Below are positions 50,429 to 61,840 of a stretch of 64,000 nucleotides of DNA, piece after piece. The stretch is from Acidobacteriota bacterium (GTDB taxonomy: Bacteria; Acidobacteriota; Thermoanaerobaculia; Multivoradales; JAGPDF01): NCBI GenBank assembly GCA_017860005.1, contig JAFNAE010000001.1, positions 1,382 through 65,381 on the forward strand. Direction: 5' to 3'. Made by a program: the position numbers and the translations under genes. Each line of letters opens with the position of its first letter. Positions within the stretch are counted from its first letter, which is position 1. The notes below the pieces were generated by a model that did no database searches, was not told the origin of the DNA, and worked only from the letters and a program-made list of their open reading frames with translations.

Positions 50429-50901
50429 GGCCCTTCGGTCGAGGACTTGAGCAGGCGCGAGAGCACCCACCACCGCCCCCGCTCGCGCATCAGGGAGTAG
50501 ACGACCCGGTTCTCCTGGCCCTTCGACTCCGCGACCGTCTGCTCGGAGCCGACCGCCACCATGGTCAGATCCCAGGTCTCGATCGTGGTCGCGGTGGCGC
50601 CGGTGCCGCTGTGCGCCTCGACGCTCTCGACCACCATGCGCACCAGCTTCGGCCGGAGCGCTCGCCCCTGTTCGGACAGCTCGCGGATGCGCACCGTCAC
50701 GCGCGTGGTCTCCCGGCCGGTCGCGATCTCGGCGAGCGGCGCCGCGTCGCCGGTCTGGTAGCAGAGAGTCAGGCGCTCGGCATAGTCGGCGAGGAGCTTC
50801 TCGACCTCGGCACGGTCCGCGGCGGCCCGTTCCGGCGAAGGTCCGCAGCCGGCGAGCAACGCCAGGAGGAGGCCGAGAACGGCGCGGGCGGAGGTCTTCA
50901 C
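50425..50901 (-). CDS. Hypothetical lipoprotein
   Basis: LLAGC lipobox; GTGA overlap with der. Confidence 0.7.
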   Translation of the reverse strand: MKTSARAVLGLLLALLAGCGPSPERAAADRAEVEKLLADYAERLTLCYQTGDAAPLAEIATGRETTRVTVRIRELSEQGRALRPKLVRMVVESVEAHSGTGATATTIETWDLTMVAVGSEQTVAESKGQENRVVYSLMRERGRWWVLSRLLKSSTEGP

Positions 50902-50936
50902 GCCCGGCAGTCTAACGAATCAGGGGGCGGTTTCGG

Positions 50937-50965
50937 TTGACAGGCGCGGGAGCGGGGCTTAGGAT
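50937..50965 (+). promoter_or_regulatory. Sigma70 promoter of tRNA-Leu(CAG)
   Basis: TTGACA-N17-TAGGAT followed by a GC-rich discriminator. Confidence 0.8.
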
Positions 50966-50975
50966 CCCCGTTCGC

Positions 50976-51062
50976 GCGAAAGTGGCGGAATTGGTAGACG
51001 CGCAAGATTCAGGATCTTGTGGTCGCAAGGCCGTGGGGGTTCGAGTCCCCCCTTTCGCACCA
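50976..51062 (+). tRNA. tRNA-Leu (CAG)
   Basis: GCGAAAGTGGCGGAATTGGTAGACGCGCAAGATTCAGGATCTTG...GGTTCGAGTCCCCCCTTTCGCACCA. Confidence 0.97.
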
Positions 51063-51082
51063 AGCCTTCCCGAGCTCCGGCC

Positions 51083-51451
51083 TCAGATCTCGGCGAGCAC
51101 CACGGTCGCGCCGCCCAGCGGCGCGCCGTCGAGGGTGAGCCGTCCCCTGACCCGCACCAGGGCGCCCCAGCGCGCCTCGAGAGAGACCGCGACCTCGACG
51201 GTCTCTCCGGGCTCGGGCGCGCGCACGACCTCCGCGTCCTCGATCGCCGCCAACGCCAGCCGCTTCTCCTCCCCACCGCCGTCCGGCGCGAGCAGCAACG
51301 CCGCGCCCTGCGCGATCGCCTCGATCAGCCACCCGGCGGGTGCTCCGCCGCCGTCCCGCGACCAGGTGCCGTTGGCGGTCAGGCGCAGGAGCGCCCGGCC
51401 GTCGGCCGTGCGGTCGATGAAGCGGAAGGGATAGCGGTGCGGGAGCTTCAA
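51083..51451 (-). CDS. FabZ-like hotdog dehydratase, divergent
   Basis: LPHRYPFRFID, LIEAIAQ, PGETV; TTG start overlapping ACP stop. Confidence 0.75.
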   Translation of the reverse strand: MKLPHRYPFRFIDRTADGRALLRLTANGTWSRDGGGAPAGWLIEAIAQGAALLLAPDGGGEEKRLALAAIEDAEVVRAPEPGETVEVAVSLEARWGALVRVRGRLTLDGAPLGGATVVLAEI

Positions 51452-51738
51452 GTCGGACGCGCGACCGGGCTCCCGCCGCGCGCGACCACGAAGTCGGCGA
51501 GCCTGTCGACCGAGCCGAGTGCCTCGCCGCCGACCTCCTCGTTCTCGATCTTGACCCCGAACTCCTGCTCGACGCCGAGCACGAGCTCGAGCGCGTCGAT
51601 CGAGTCGAGACCGAGCCCGTCGGGACCGAACAGCGGTTCGTCGTCGCCGATCGACTCGGGCGCGCGATCGAGCTTCAGCCGCTCGACCAGGAGCTCCTTG
51701 ATGCGGCGCTTGAGATCTGCAGGGGCTTCGACGCTCAT
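51448..51738 (-). CDS. Acyl carrier protein (ApeE-like)
   Basis: LFGPDGLGLDSIDALEL phosphopantetheine site. Confidence 0.92.
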   Translation of the reverse strand: MSVEAPADLKRRIKELLVERLKLDRAPESIGDDEPLFGPDGLGLDSIDALELVLGVEQEFGVKIENEEVGGEALGSVDRLADFVVARGGSPVARPT

Positions 51739-51779
51739 CGCTCTGGAATCGTATCACCGCGGCGCGGCGCGCGCGGCGC

Positions 51780-52517
51780 TCAGAGCATGACCAGTCCGCC
51801 GTCGACCGCGAGCGTCTGACCGGTGACGTACGACGCGGCGTCGGAGGCGAGGAATCCGATCGCCGAGGCGATCTCCTCGGGGCGGCCGATGCGGCCGAGC
51901 GGGACTCCCTTGAGGTAGTCCTCGAGCTTCCTGGCGGGGAGCTGGGCGAGCAGCTCGGTGTCGACGAAGCCGGGAGCGACCGCGTTGACGGTCACGCCGA
52001 AGGGCGCCGCCTCGCGGGCGAACGCCTTGACGAAGCCGAGCAGCCCCGCCTTCGCCGCGCTGTAGTGCGTCTGGCCCACCTGACCCACCAGGGCGCTCGC
52101 GCTCGACACCGCCACGACCCGGCCCCAGCGGCGTGCGTACATGCCGCGTGCCACGGCGCGCGCGACGCGGTACGCGGCGCTCAGGTTGACGTCGAGGATG
52201 GCGTCCCAGTCCTCCTCGCGCAGGAACGGCAGCAGAGCGTCCCGGATCGTGCCGGCATTGAGCACCAGGACCTGGATCGCGCCGAGCTCCTCACCGACCC
52301 GCGCCAGCACGGCCGCGGTGGCGGAGCGGTCCCGGAGGTCGAGAGCGTAGGCAGCGCCGCCGATCTCGGCAGCGAGCGTCTCGGCGGCCTCGCGCTGACG
52401 AAGATAGGTGATCGCGACGCGGCAGCCCTGCGCGGCCAGCACACGGGCGGTGGCGGCCCCGATGCCTGCGCTGGCGCCGGTGACCAGAGCGACGCGGAGC
52501 TCGGCCAGCGGGCTCAT
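51780..52517 (-). CDS. 3-oxoacyl-ACP reductase (FabG family)
   Basis: TGASAGIG, GQTHYSAAK, NAVAPGFVDT, VTGQTLAVDGG. Confidence 0.9.
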   Translation of the reverse strand: MSPLAELRVALVTGASAGIGAATARVLAAQGCRVAITYLRQREAAETLAAEIGGAAYALDLRDRSATAAVLARVGEELGAIQVLVLNAGTIRDALLPFLREEDWDAILDVNLSAAYRVARAVARGMYARRWGRVVAVSSASALVGQVGQTHYSAAKAGLLGFVKAFAREAAPFGVTVNAVAPGFVDTELLAQLPARKLEDYLKGVPLGRIGRPEEIASAIGFLASDAASYVTGQTLAVDGGLVML

Positions 52518-53476
52518 CCGTGCCGCACCAGGGACGCCGCCAGGGGTGTTCCCGGCGCCGCCGACGCAGGTTCGGTCTCGGGCAGCGCCGACCCGCCCGC
52601 GCGCGCCTCGGCCGCGATCTCGGCCAGCGGCCGCAGCTCGAGGTCGGCGAGGACGCCTTCGAGGCGGGCACCCCAGCCGCGCCGGCCCGCCTCGTGGAAG
52701 AAGCGGGCGAAGCCCGTGTAGAGCCCGGGCAGCGGCCGGTCCACGAGCTCCCAGGGGTGCACCACGAGCAGCGCGAACGACGAGCCCTGCGCCGCGCGGC
52801 GAAGCCACGACGGCGGCGCGCAGCGCGCGCACCAGCCTCCCGCCGGCAGCCCGAGCCGCCCACCCCAGACCAGCGGCGGGAGCTCCAGGATCCGCGCGCC
52901 GTGCTGCCAGGTCAGGGCGGCCGGCTGGCGGGGATTGGCGCGCGAGCCGGCGCCGGGCGACGCCATCAGCGAGCTGTCGTAGGCGAAGCCGAGCTCGGCG
53001 ATCACGCGCAGACGGGGATTGGCGAGGTTGCGCAGCGACCACTCGGGGGCGCGGAATCCGACCACCGCGCGGCCGATGATCTGCTCCAGGGTCGCCCGGG
53101 CGCGCTCGACGTCGGCGCGGAAGCGCGCGACGGGGCGATCGTCGGCGCGCAGATGGAGGCGTCCGTGGCAGGCGACCTCGTGGCCGGCCTCGGCGACCTC
53201 CCGCACCCGCCCCGGCAGGCGCTCTGCGACCTCCCCGAGCACGAAGAAGGTGGCGCGCAGGCCGAGCGTCGAGAAGCGGGCGAGCGTCTCGGGCAGGAGC
53301 CGATCGAGCTCTTCGACGAGCGGCGGCCGCCGCTCCGGGTCGACGTACTCGGGCACCCAGCAGGAGTGGTACCACTCCTCGACGTCGACCGAGAGCGCAC
53401 GGCCGGCCGCGCCGGGCAGGAGCCGGATCTCAGGCCGGTCCGGGGTCGTCGAAGACCTTGAAGTAGATCGCCGCAC
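52514..53476 (-). CDS. Polysaccharide deacetylase (NodB/DUF3473 type); start uncertain
   Basis: SVDVEEW, ATFFVLG, HEVACHG, GFRAP, YDSS, HPWE. Confidence 0.85.
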   Translation of the reverse strand: MRRSTSRSSTTPDRPEIRLLPGAAGRALSVDVEEWYHSCWVPEYVDPERRPPLVEELDRLLPETLARFSTLGLRATFFVLGEVAERLPGRVREVAEAGHEVACHGRLHLRADDRPVARFRADVERARATLEQIIGRAVVGFRAPEWSLRNLANPRLRVIAELGFAYDSSLMASPGAGSRANPRQPAALTWQHGARILELPPLVWGGRLGLPAGGWCARCAPPSWLRRAAQGSSFALLVVHPWELVDRPLPGLYTGFARFFHEAGRRGWGARLEGVLADLELRPLAEIAAEARAGGSALPETEPASAAPGTPLAASLVRHG

Positions 53477-54119
53477 AGGAAATCCGGACGGTGTCGAGAA
53501 CCGGGCGGAAGTGGCTGCCGCCGTCATTATAGATGGTGCTCACCCGCACGTGCTCGAAGCGCGCGCCCATGCGTGCCGCCTTGATCAGCATCTCCGACTC
53601 GACCGCGTAGCCGTCGGAGCGGAGGCAGAGCCGTCGAGCCAGGGAGGAGGAGAGCAGCCGGTAACCCGACTGCGAGTCCTCGAGCTCCCTGCCCGTCATC
53701 CAGGTCAGGACCCGGGAGCCGATGTAGTTGGTCCAGAAGCGGGAGGAGGGGATCCGCTCGCGGTCGGCGAGCCGCGACCCGATCACCAGATCCGCGTGCC
53801 GCGCGTCCCACACCGCGAGCAGCCGGGGCAGGTCGGCCGGATCGTGCTGCCCGTCGGCGTCGAGCAGGGCCAGGGCCGATTCCGCGCCGCCGAGCGCCCG
53901 CTCGATGCCGACGCGCAGCGCGTGTCCTTTGCCCCGGTTGCCCGGCAGCGAGAGGACCTCGGCGCCCGCCGCGCGCGCGAGCTCGGCCGTCGCGTCCCGG
54001 CTGCCGTCGTCGACGACCACGACGCGCTCGAGGTGACGCCTCACCCCGGCTACGACCGCACCCACCGTGGCTTCGCACTGGTAGGCCGGAATCACGGCGC
54101 AGACGTCTGCTCGCGGCAC
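53430..54119 (-). CDS. Glycosyltransferase family 2
   Basis: VIPAY, VVDDGSRD, NRGKG, DADGQH, DSQSGYR, SHFRP. Confidence 0.92.
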   Translation of the reverse strand: MPRADVCAVIPAYQCEATVGAVVAGVRRHLERVVVVDDGSRDATAELARAAGAEVLSLPGNRGKGHALRVGIERALGGAESALALLDADGQHDPADLPRLLAVWDARHADLVIGSRLADRERIPSSRFWTNYIGSRVLTWMTGRELEDSQSGYRLLSSSLARRLCLRSDGYAVESEMLIKAARMGARFEHVRVSTIYNDGGSHFRPVLDTVRISCAAIYFKVFDDPGPA

Positions 54120-54190
54120 GGAATGCGGTCTTATAGCACACGCTCGCGAAGCGCTCGGAAGGGCCGTCCCTCTTGTCAGCACGAAGCGGC

Positions 54191-54208
54191 TTGTGACAGT
54201 CTTCACGA
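54191..54208 (+). promoter_or_regulatory. Rex/CRP-like operator directly before nuoA
   Basis: TTGTGAC-AGTC-TTCACGA vs Rex TTGTGAA-N4-TTCACAA (12/14); overlaps a putative -10 GACAGT. Confidence 0.6.
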
Positions 54209-54601
54209 GTGCCAGGAGACTACCTCCCGATCCTGCTCTCGCTCGGCATCGCGATCGCGCTCGGCGCCGGCCTGATCTGGTTCTCGTGGGCGTCCGGGCT
54301 CAAGACCGGCGGGCGGGTCAAGTACTCGACCTACGAATCCGGAGTGCCGCTCCTCGACCGCTCGCGCAAGCGGCTCTCGATCGCCTTCTTCCTGATCGCC
54401 ATCGACTTCGTGGTCTTCGACGTCGAGGCCGCCTTCCTCTACCCGTGGACGCTGCACGTGCGCGAGGGCGGTTGGCCGCTGTTCTGGGCCGTGATGGTCT
54501 TCGTGCTGCTCATCGTCGCCGGATACGCGTACGTCTGGCGCAAGGGCGGCCTCGAGGTCGCCACGCGGGTCGCGCGCGGAATCGGAGGAACGCCCCGGTG
54601 A
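54209..54601 (+). CDS. nuoA: NADH-quinone oxidoreductase subunit A
   Basis: KYSTYESG, FVVFDVEAAFLYPW, YVWRKGGL. Confidence 0.93.
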   Translation: MPGDYLPILLSLGIAIALGAGLIWFSWASGLKTGGRVKYSTYESGVPLLDRSRKRLSIAFFLIAIDFVVFDVEAAFLYPWTLHVREGGWPLFWAVMVFVLLIVAGYAYVWRKGGLEVATRVARGIGGTPR

Positions 54602-55086
54602 GCGATGGTGGGCGCAACTCCCTTCCGGCCGAGGTCGCAGCCGAGATCGAGGCGCTGCGCCCACGCTACCCCACCGAGGAGGCGCTCCTGCTCCCGGCCC
54701 TGCACCTGATGCAGAAGGCGGCCGGTGGCTGGCTCTCGCAAGCGTCGATCGCGGCGGTGGCCGAGCACCTCGGCCTGCCCCCCTCCAAGGTCGCGGGCGT
54801 GGTTTCTTTCTACGACATGTTCCACGAGCATCCGGTCGGGCGCCACCGCGTCCGGCTCTGTACGAACCTCTCTTGCCAGCTGCGCGGCTCCGATCAGCTC
54901 ATGGACGTCCTGCGCGCCGAGCTCGGGGTCGGTCCCGGCGAGGTCACCGGCGACGGCCGCTGCTCGTGGGTCGAGTTCGAATGTCTCGGCTCGTGCGACA
55001 CGGCGCCGATGGCGATGATCGACGACGACTACCACGAGAATCTCACTCCCGACCGGCTGCGCGCCGCGCTCAAGGGACTGGACTGA
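54598..55086 (+). CDS. nuoE: NADH-quinone oxidoreductase subunit E
   Basis: SFYDMF, CTNLSC, ECLGSC. Confidence 0.94.
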   Translation: MSDGGRNSLPAEVAAEIEALRPRYPTEEALLLPALHLMQKAAGGWLSQASIAAVAEHLGLPPSKVAGVVSFYDMFHEHPVGRHRVRLCTNLSCQLRGSDQLMDVLRAELGVGPGEVTGDGRCSWVEFECLGSCDTAPMAMIDDDYHENLTPDRLRAALKGLD

Positions 55087-55087
55087 C

Positions 55088-56385
<1,298 letters not shown>

Positions 56386-56386
<1 letters not shown>

Positions 56387-58005
56387 TGCCCATCGTCACG
56401 ATCGACGATCGCACCCTCGAAGTCCCGACCGGGACCAATCTGGTCGAGGCCGCCTCCCGGGTCGGAGTGCAGATCCCTCACTACTGCTATCACCCGCGAC
56501 TGTCGGTGGTCGGCCAGTGCCGGATGTGCATGGTCGAGATCCAGGGCATGCCCAAGCTCCAGGCGGCCTGCTCGACCCAGGTCGTGCGCGACGGCATGGT
56601 GGTGCGCACCAGCTCCGAAACCGCTGCCGAGGCGCAGCGCGCGATCATGGAGTTCCTGCTCATCAACCATCCCCTGGACTGCCCCATCTGCGACCAGGCC
56701 GGGGAATGCGGACTGCAGGACTATTCCTTCAAGCACGGGCAGGCCTTCTCGCGCTTCCGCTTCGAGGAGAAGCGCACCTACCCCGAGAAGGAGCGCATCC
56801 CGCTCGGTCCGCACGTGATGCTGAACATGAACCGGTGCATCCAGTGCACGCGCTGCATCCGGTTCACCCACGAGGTGACGAAGACCGGCGAGCTCTCGTT
56901 CTTCGAGCGCGGTTCGCACGCCGAGATCGGCACCTTCCCGGACAAGCCGCTCGACAACCCGCTCTCGACCTGCGTGGTCGACATCTGCCCGGTGGGCGCC
57001 CTGACCTCGACCCGCTTCCGCTTCGCCGAGCGCGTCTGGTACCTGGACAAGAAGCCCTCGATCTGCACCGGCTGCGACGCCGGCTGCAACATCACGCTGG
57101 AGCACCGGCGCGGCGCGATCCGGCGCTACAAGCCGCGCTTCAATCCCGAGGTCAACGACTACTGGATGTGCGACTTCGGCCGCGCCACCCACGAGCGCTA
57201 CCAGGAGCTGCCGCGCCTGGCGGTGCCGCGGCTGCGCAAGGACGGCGAGGTCGTGGCCGTGGGCTGGCGCGAGGCCCTCGATGCCCTCTTCCACGCCCTG
57301 CGCGCCAAGCGCGCCGACGGCGCCACCGCGCTCCTCGGCTCGGGCTTCCTGAGCACCGAGGAGGCCTGGCTCCTGCGCCGGCTCGCGGGCTTCGTCGAAA
57401 CGCCCCACTTCTCGATCTGGACCGACAGCGGCCCGGCGCGCGCCATCCCCAACCCGGCCGGCGGTATCGTCGGGCGCGAGGCCGCGCCGAACCGCCGCGG
57501 CGCCGAGCTGGCGGGACTGGTGGCGGAGGAAGGGGGTCTCGACGCCGAGGCGCTCCTGCTCGGGGACGGCGCTTCGCGCTGCGCGACGCTCCTGGTCGCC
57601 GATTCCGACTTCGGCAAGGCGGCGCACGACCCCAAGATCGTCGAGCGGCTGCGCGCGGCGCACTTCCTCGCCGTGATGGGCTGGGCCGACACGCCCCTGG
57701 CTCGCGCGGCGGATCTCGTGCTGCCGGTCGCGACCCATGCCGAGCGGGACGGCACCTTCGTCAACGTCAACGGGCGCCTGCAGCGCTTCGAGCGCGCCTT
57801 CCCGCCGCCTTCGCACGTGCGGCCCGCGATCGAGGTGCTCGCCGACCTGCTCTCGCGCTTCGACCCGAAGTGGGCTTCGGTCTCCACCGCCGTGGTCTTC
57901 GACCTGCTCGCCGAGGAGCTGCCCGCTCTGGCCGGCCTGCGCTGGGCGGAGATCCCCGCCACCGGCGTGCCGATCGTCCATGCCTCCGCGGGGGCCGCGC
58001 CGTGA
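56386..58005 (+). CDS. nuoG: NADH-quinone oxidoreductase subunit G (short, 539 aa)
   Basis: CYHP, CRMC, HPLDCPICDQAGEC, CIQCTRC, CPVGAL, CTGCDAGC. Confidence 0.92.
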
Positions 58006-59027
58006 GCCCGGAGACGGTCGCCACCCTGGCCAAGATCGGTGTGTGGCTGACCGCGCTCCTGAGCGTCGCTCCGGCCATGCTCTGGTTCGAGCGCAGGATC
58101 CCGGCCTTCATGCAGGACCGGCTCGGCCCCAACCGGGTCGGCCCGCTCGGTCTCCTGCAGGGGATCGCGGACGCGGTCAAGTTCATCTTCAAGGAGGAGT
58201 TCACGCCGGCCAACGCCGACCGGCCGCTCTTCCTGCTCGCTCCCGTCCTCGCGCTGATTCCCGCCCTGACCACCTACCTGGTGATCCCCTTCGGCCCCGA
58301 GGTGGTGATCGGTGGGCACAGCACGAAGCTCGTGGTCATCGACTCCGACTCGGGCGTGCTGCTCTTCCTGGCCCTCGCCAGCCTCGGCGTCTACTCGCTG
58401 GTGCTCGCCGGCTACAGCTCGAACAACAAGTATTCGCTGATGGGCTCCATCCGGGCCTCGGCGCAGATGGTCAGCTACGAGCTCGCGCTCACCACCGCGG
58501 TGGTGTGCGCCCTGATCCCGGCGGGAACCCTGAACCTGGCCGAAGTCGTCGACTACCAGCGCGCGCACCTGTGGCAGGCGATCTCGCAGCCGATCGGGAT
58601 GCTGGTCTTCCTGGTCGCGGCCTTCGCGGAGACCAACCGCCTCCCCTTCGACCTCCCCGAGGCCGAGTCGGAGCTGGTCGCGGGCTACCTGACCGAGTAC
58701 GGCGGCCTGCGCTGGGCGATGTTCTTCATGGGCGAGTACATGTCCATGACCACCCTCTCCGCGCTCTTCGTCACGCTCTACTTCGGTGGCTGGTCGCTGC
58801 CCTTCGTAGACTTCTCCGGGCTCTCCGGGCTCGTCCAGGCGCTGATCGGATTCACGGTCCTCGCGGCCAAGATCGCCGCCATGCTGTTCCTGTTCGTCTG
58901 GGTGCGCTGGACCTTCCCGCGCTTCCGCTACGACCAGCTCATGCGCCTGGGCTGGAAGGCGCTCCTGCCCCTCGCGGTGCTCCAGCTCGTCGCCACCGCG
59001 GCGCTCACCGTCGGAGGGGTCCTCTGA
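58002..59027 (+). CDS. nuoH: NADH-quinone oxidoreductase subunit H
   Basis: RLGPNRVGP, AQMVSYE, AETNRLPFDLPEAESEL, PRFRYDQL. Confidence 0.96.
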   Translation: MSPETVATLAKIGVWLTALLSVAPAMLWFERRIPAFMQDRLGPNRVGPLGLLQGIADAVKFIFKEEFTPANADRPLFLLAPVLALIPALTTYLVIPFGPEVVIGGHSTKLVVIDSDSGVLLFLALASLGVYSLVLAGYSSNNKYSLMGSIRASAQMVSYELALTTAVVCALIPAGTLNLAEVVDYQRAHLWQAISQPIGMLVFLVAAFAETNRLPFDLPEAESELVAGYLTEYGGLRWAMFFMGEYMSMTTLSALFVTLYFGGWSLPFVDFSGLSGLVQALIGFTVLAAKIAAMLFLFVWVRWTFPRFRYDQLMRLGWKALLPLAVLQLVATAALTVGGVL

Positions 59028-59569
59028 TGGAGCTCGCGGTCTTCGTGCTCTTCGGCCTCGCCGCGCTGGTCTCCGCCGCCCTGGTCGTGGCCCACCGCAA
59101 CCCGGTCTATGCCACCATGAGCCTGGTCGTGACGCTGGTCTCGACCGCCGTCCTGTTCGTGCTGCTCGGCTCGCCCTTCCTCGCCGCGCTCCAGATCCTG
59201 CTCTACACCGGGGCGATCCTGGTGCTCTTCCTGTTCGTCATCATGCTGCTCAACATCGGGCGCGAGCGGTCCTCGGGCGCGCGGTCGCCGGCCCAGACCT
59301 GGTCGGCCGTGATCCTCGCGTTGCTCCTCGCCGGCTCGCTCGGCCGCCTCGTGTGGGATGCGCACAAAGACTCCGAGGCGCCCCCGCTCGACGCCACTTT
59401 CGTCTCGCTGCGCGGCCTCTCGGAACAGCTCTTCTCCTCCTACCTGCTCCCCTTCGAGCTGATCGGACTCCTGCTCCTGGTGGCGGTGGTGGCGGCGAGC
59501 TGGCTCGCCCGGCGCCACGAGGAGGACGAGCCCGAGGTCGCGGCGCCGTCTCCCGAGGACCGGCCATGA
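59027..59569 (+). CDS. nuoJ: NADH-quinone oxidoreductase subunit J
   Basis: YTGAILVLFLFVIMLL, YLLPFE. Confidence 0.94.
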   Translation: MELAVFVLFGLAALVSAALVVAHRNPVYATMSLVVTLVSTAVLFVLLGSPFLAALQILLYTGAILVLFLFVIMLLNIGRERSSGARSPAQTWSAVILALLLAGSLGRLVWDAHKDSEAPPLDATFVSLRGLSEQLFSSYLLPFELIGLLLLVAVVAASWLARRHEEDEPEVAAPSPEDRP

Positions 59570-59871
59570 CCGTGCCGGTCTCCTGGTACCTCCTGCTCGC
59601 CGCCGCGCTGTTCGCGATCGGCGTGATCGGCGCCCTGACCCGCCGCTCCGGGATCGCGATCTTCCTGTCGATCGAGCTGATGCTCAACGCCGCCAATCTC
59701 ACGCTCGCCGCCTACTCCCGGCTGCTCGGCGACCGGGCCGGCCAGATGGTGGTGTTCTTCGCGCTCGCCGTCGCGGCGGCCGAGGCCGCGGTCGGGCTGG
59801 CTCTCTTCATCAACATCTTCCGGCTGCGCCGGACCATCGACGTCAACCGCCTCAACCTGATGCGCTGGTAG
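59566..59871 (+). CDS. nuoK: NADH-quinone oxidoreductase subunit K
   Basis: IELMLNAAN, VAAAEAAVGLA. Confidence 0.95.
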   Translation: MTVPVSWYLLLAAALFAIGVIGALTRRSGIAIFLSIELMLNAANLTLAAYSRLLGDRAGQMVVFFALAVAAAEAAVGLALFINIFRLRRTIDVNRLNLMRW

Positions 59872-59875
59872 CCCG

Positions 59876-61840
59876 ATGCGCCCCCTCGACCTGCTCTGGC
59901 TGATCCCGGCCCTCCCGTTCGCGGGGGCGGCCGTCAACGGGCTCCTGCTGCGCAACCGGCACAAGCCCCTGGTCACGGCGATCGGCGTCGGCGCCCCCGG
60001 CCTCTCGCTGGTCCTCGCGCTCGCCGCGCTCTGGGACTACGTCGCCAACCTCCGCCCCCAGCCGTTCGAGCAGTTCCTCTACGCCTGGACGACCGGCAGC
60101 CTCGCGATCGACGTCGCGTTCCGGGTCGACCCGCTCTCCGCGGTGATGCTGTTCGTGGTGACCTTCGTCGGCTTCTGGATCCACGTCTACTCCGTGGGCT
60201 ACATGGGCCACGACCCGGGCTACCGGCGCTTCTTCGCCTACATGAACCTGTTCATGGGGGCCATGTTGCTGCTCGTCCTGGGCAACAACCTCCTGGTCAT
60301 GTTCGTGGGCTGGGAGGGCGTGGGGCTCTGCTCGTACCTTCTGATCGGCTACTACTTCGAGGAGGCGTTCCCGCCCTTCGCCGGCAAGAAGGCATTCGTC
60401 GTCAACCGCATCGGAGACTTCGCCTTCCTGCTCGGGATCTTCACCCTCTTCTCGGAGTACGGGACGCTCCACTTCGGCCAGCTCACCGAGCGCATCCTCG
60501 CGGATCCCGGGGCCGCGCAGCGGCCCTTCCTGCTGGGACTCTCGCTCGCCGGATTCACCGCGCTCTGCTTCTTCATCGGCGCCACGGGCAAGAGCGCCCA
60601 GATCCCGCTCTTCGTCTGGCTGCCCGACGCGATGGCCGGTCCGACGCCGGTCTCCGCCCTCATCCACGCCGCCACCATGGTCACGGCCGGCGTCTACATG
60701 GTGGTGCGCACCAACGTCCTCTACCAGATGGCGCCCGAGATCTCGACCCTGGTGGCGGTCATCGGCGCCGCCACCGCGATCGTGGCCGCCACCATCGGCC
60801 TGGCCCAGAACGACATCAAGAAGGTCCTCGCCTACTCCACCGTGTCGCAGCTCGGCTACATGTTCCTGGCGGCGGGGGTCGGGGCCTACGTCGCGGCGAT
60901 CTTCCACCTCGCCACGCACGCGTTCTTCAAGGCCTGCCTCTTCCTCGGCTCGGGCTCGGTCATCCACGCCATGGGCGGCGAGCAGGACATGCGCAAGATG
61001 GGCGGGCTCAAGAAGCAGCTGCCCGCCACCTACCGGACGTTCTGGATCTCGACGCTCGCCATCGCCGGCATCCCGCCGCTCGCCGGCTTCTTCTCGAAGG
61101 ACGAGATCCTGGCGGGGACCTTCGCCCATCCCGGAGCGCTCTATCGGGTGCTCTGGGTGGTCGGCCTCCTCACCGCCGGCCTGACCGCCTGCTACATGTT
61201 CCGCGCCGTCTACCTGACCTTCGAGGGCAAGTTCCGGGGCAGCCACGAGCAAGCGCACCACCTGCACGAGTCGCCGCGGGTGATGACCGTGCCGCTCGTG
61301 GTGCTCGCAACGGGCGCCGTGGTGGCGGGCTGGATCGGGATTCCGAAGGGCGTCTGGGAGACCTTCGGGGCACACGACCGCAACCTGCTCCACCACTTCC
61401 TCGCGCCGGTCGTGGCCGAGGTGCACGGAGCGGGCGCCGAGCACGGCATGTCGCACCTGGTCGAGTGGCTGCTCATGGCCGCCTCGGTGGCGATCGCGCT
61501 CGCCGGCATCGGCATCGCGCGCAGCCAGTGGAAGCGGCGCGGGCTGGAGGCCGACGCTGCCTTCGCCGCCAGGACCCCGGTGGTCCAGCGGCTGCTCGAG
61601 AACAAGTACTGGGTCGACGAGATCTACGACCGCCTGGTCGTGCGTCCGCTGGCCGCCCTGGCGCGCGGGTGCTGGAAGATCGTGGACACCCTGATCATCG
61701 ACGGCGGACTCCATGTCGGCGCCTTCGTCACCGAGCTCACGGGTGACCTCGGCCGCTTCACGACCACCGGCAACGTCCGCCAGTACGCGCTCTACTTCCT
61801 CGGCGGCGTGGTCCTCCTCTTCTGGTGGATGGTCCTCTGA
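59876..61840 (+). CDS. nuoL: NADH-quinone oxidoreductase subunit L
   Basis: GWEGVGLCSY, GKSAQIPL, WLPDAMAGPTPVSALIHAATMV. Confidence 0.96.
   Translation: MRPLDLLWLIPALPFAGAAVNGLLLRNRHKPLVTAIGVGAPGLSLVLALAALWDYVANLRPQPFEQFLYAWTTGSLAIDVAFRVDPLSAVMLFVVTFVGFWIHVYSVGYMGHDPGYRRFFAYMNLFMGAMLLLVLGNNLLVMFVGWEGVGLCSYLLIGYYFEEAFPPFAGKKAFVVNRIGDFAFLLGIFTLFSEYGTLHFGQLTERILADPGAAQRPFLLGLSLAGFTALCFFIGATGKSAQIPLFVWLPDAMAGPTPVSALIHAATMVTAGVYMVVRTNVLYQMAPEISTLVAVIGAATAIVAATIGLAQNDIKKVLAYSTVSQLGYMFLAAGVGAYVAAIFHLATHAFFKACLFLGSGSVIHAMGGEQDMRKMGGLKKQLPATYRTFWISTLAIAGIPPLAGFFSKDEILAGTFAHPGALYRVLWVVGLLTAGLTACYMFRAVYLTFEGKFRGSHEQAHHLHESPRVMTVPLVVLATGAVVAGWIGIPKGVWETFGAHDRNLLHHFLAPVVAEVHGAGAEHGMSHLVEWLLMAASVAIALAGIGIARSQWKRRGLEADAAFAARTPVVQRLLENKYWVDEIYDRLVVRPLAALARGCWKIVDTLIIDGGLHVGAFVTELTGDLGRFTTTGNVRQYALYFLGGVVLLFWWMVL

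Noticed and set aside
50976..54200. Genomic island integrated at tRNA-Leu(CAG) or the other tRNAs
   Set aside because: No integrase, no duplicated tRNA 3' end, no evident compositional shift
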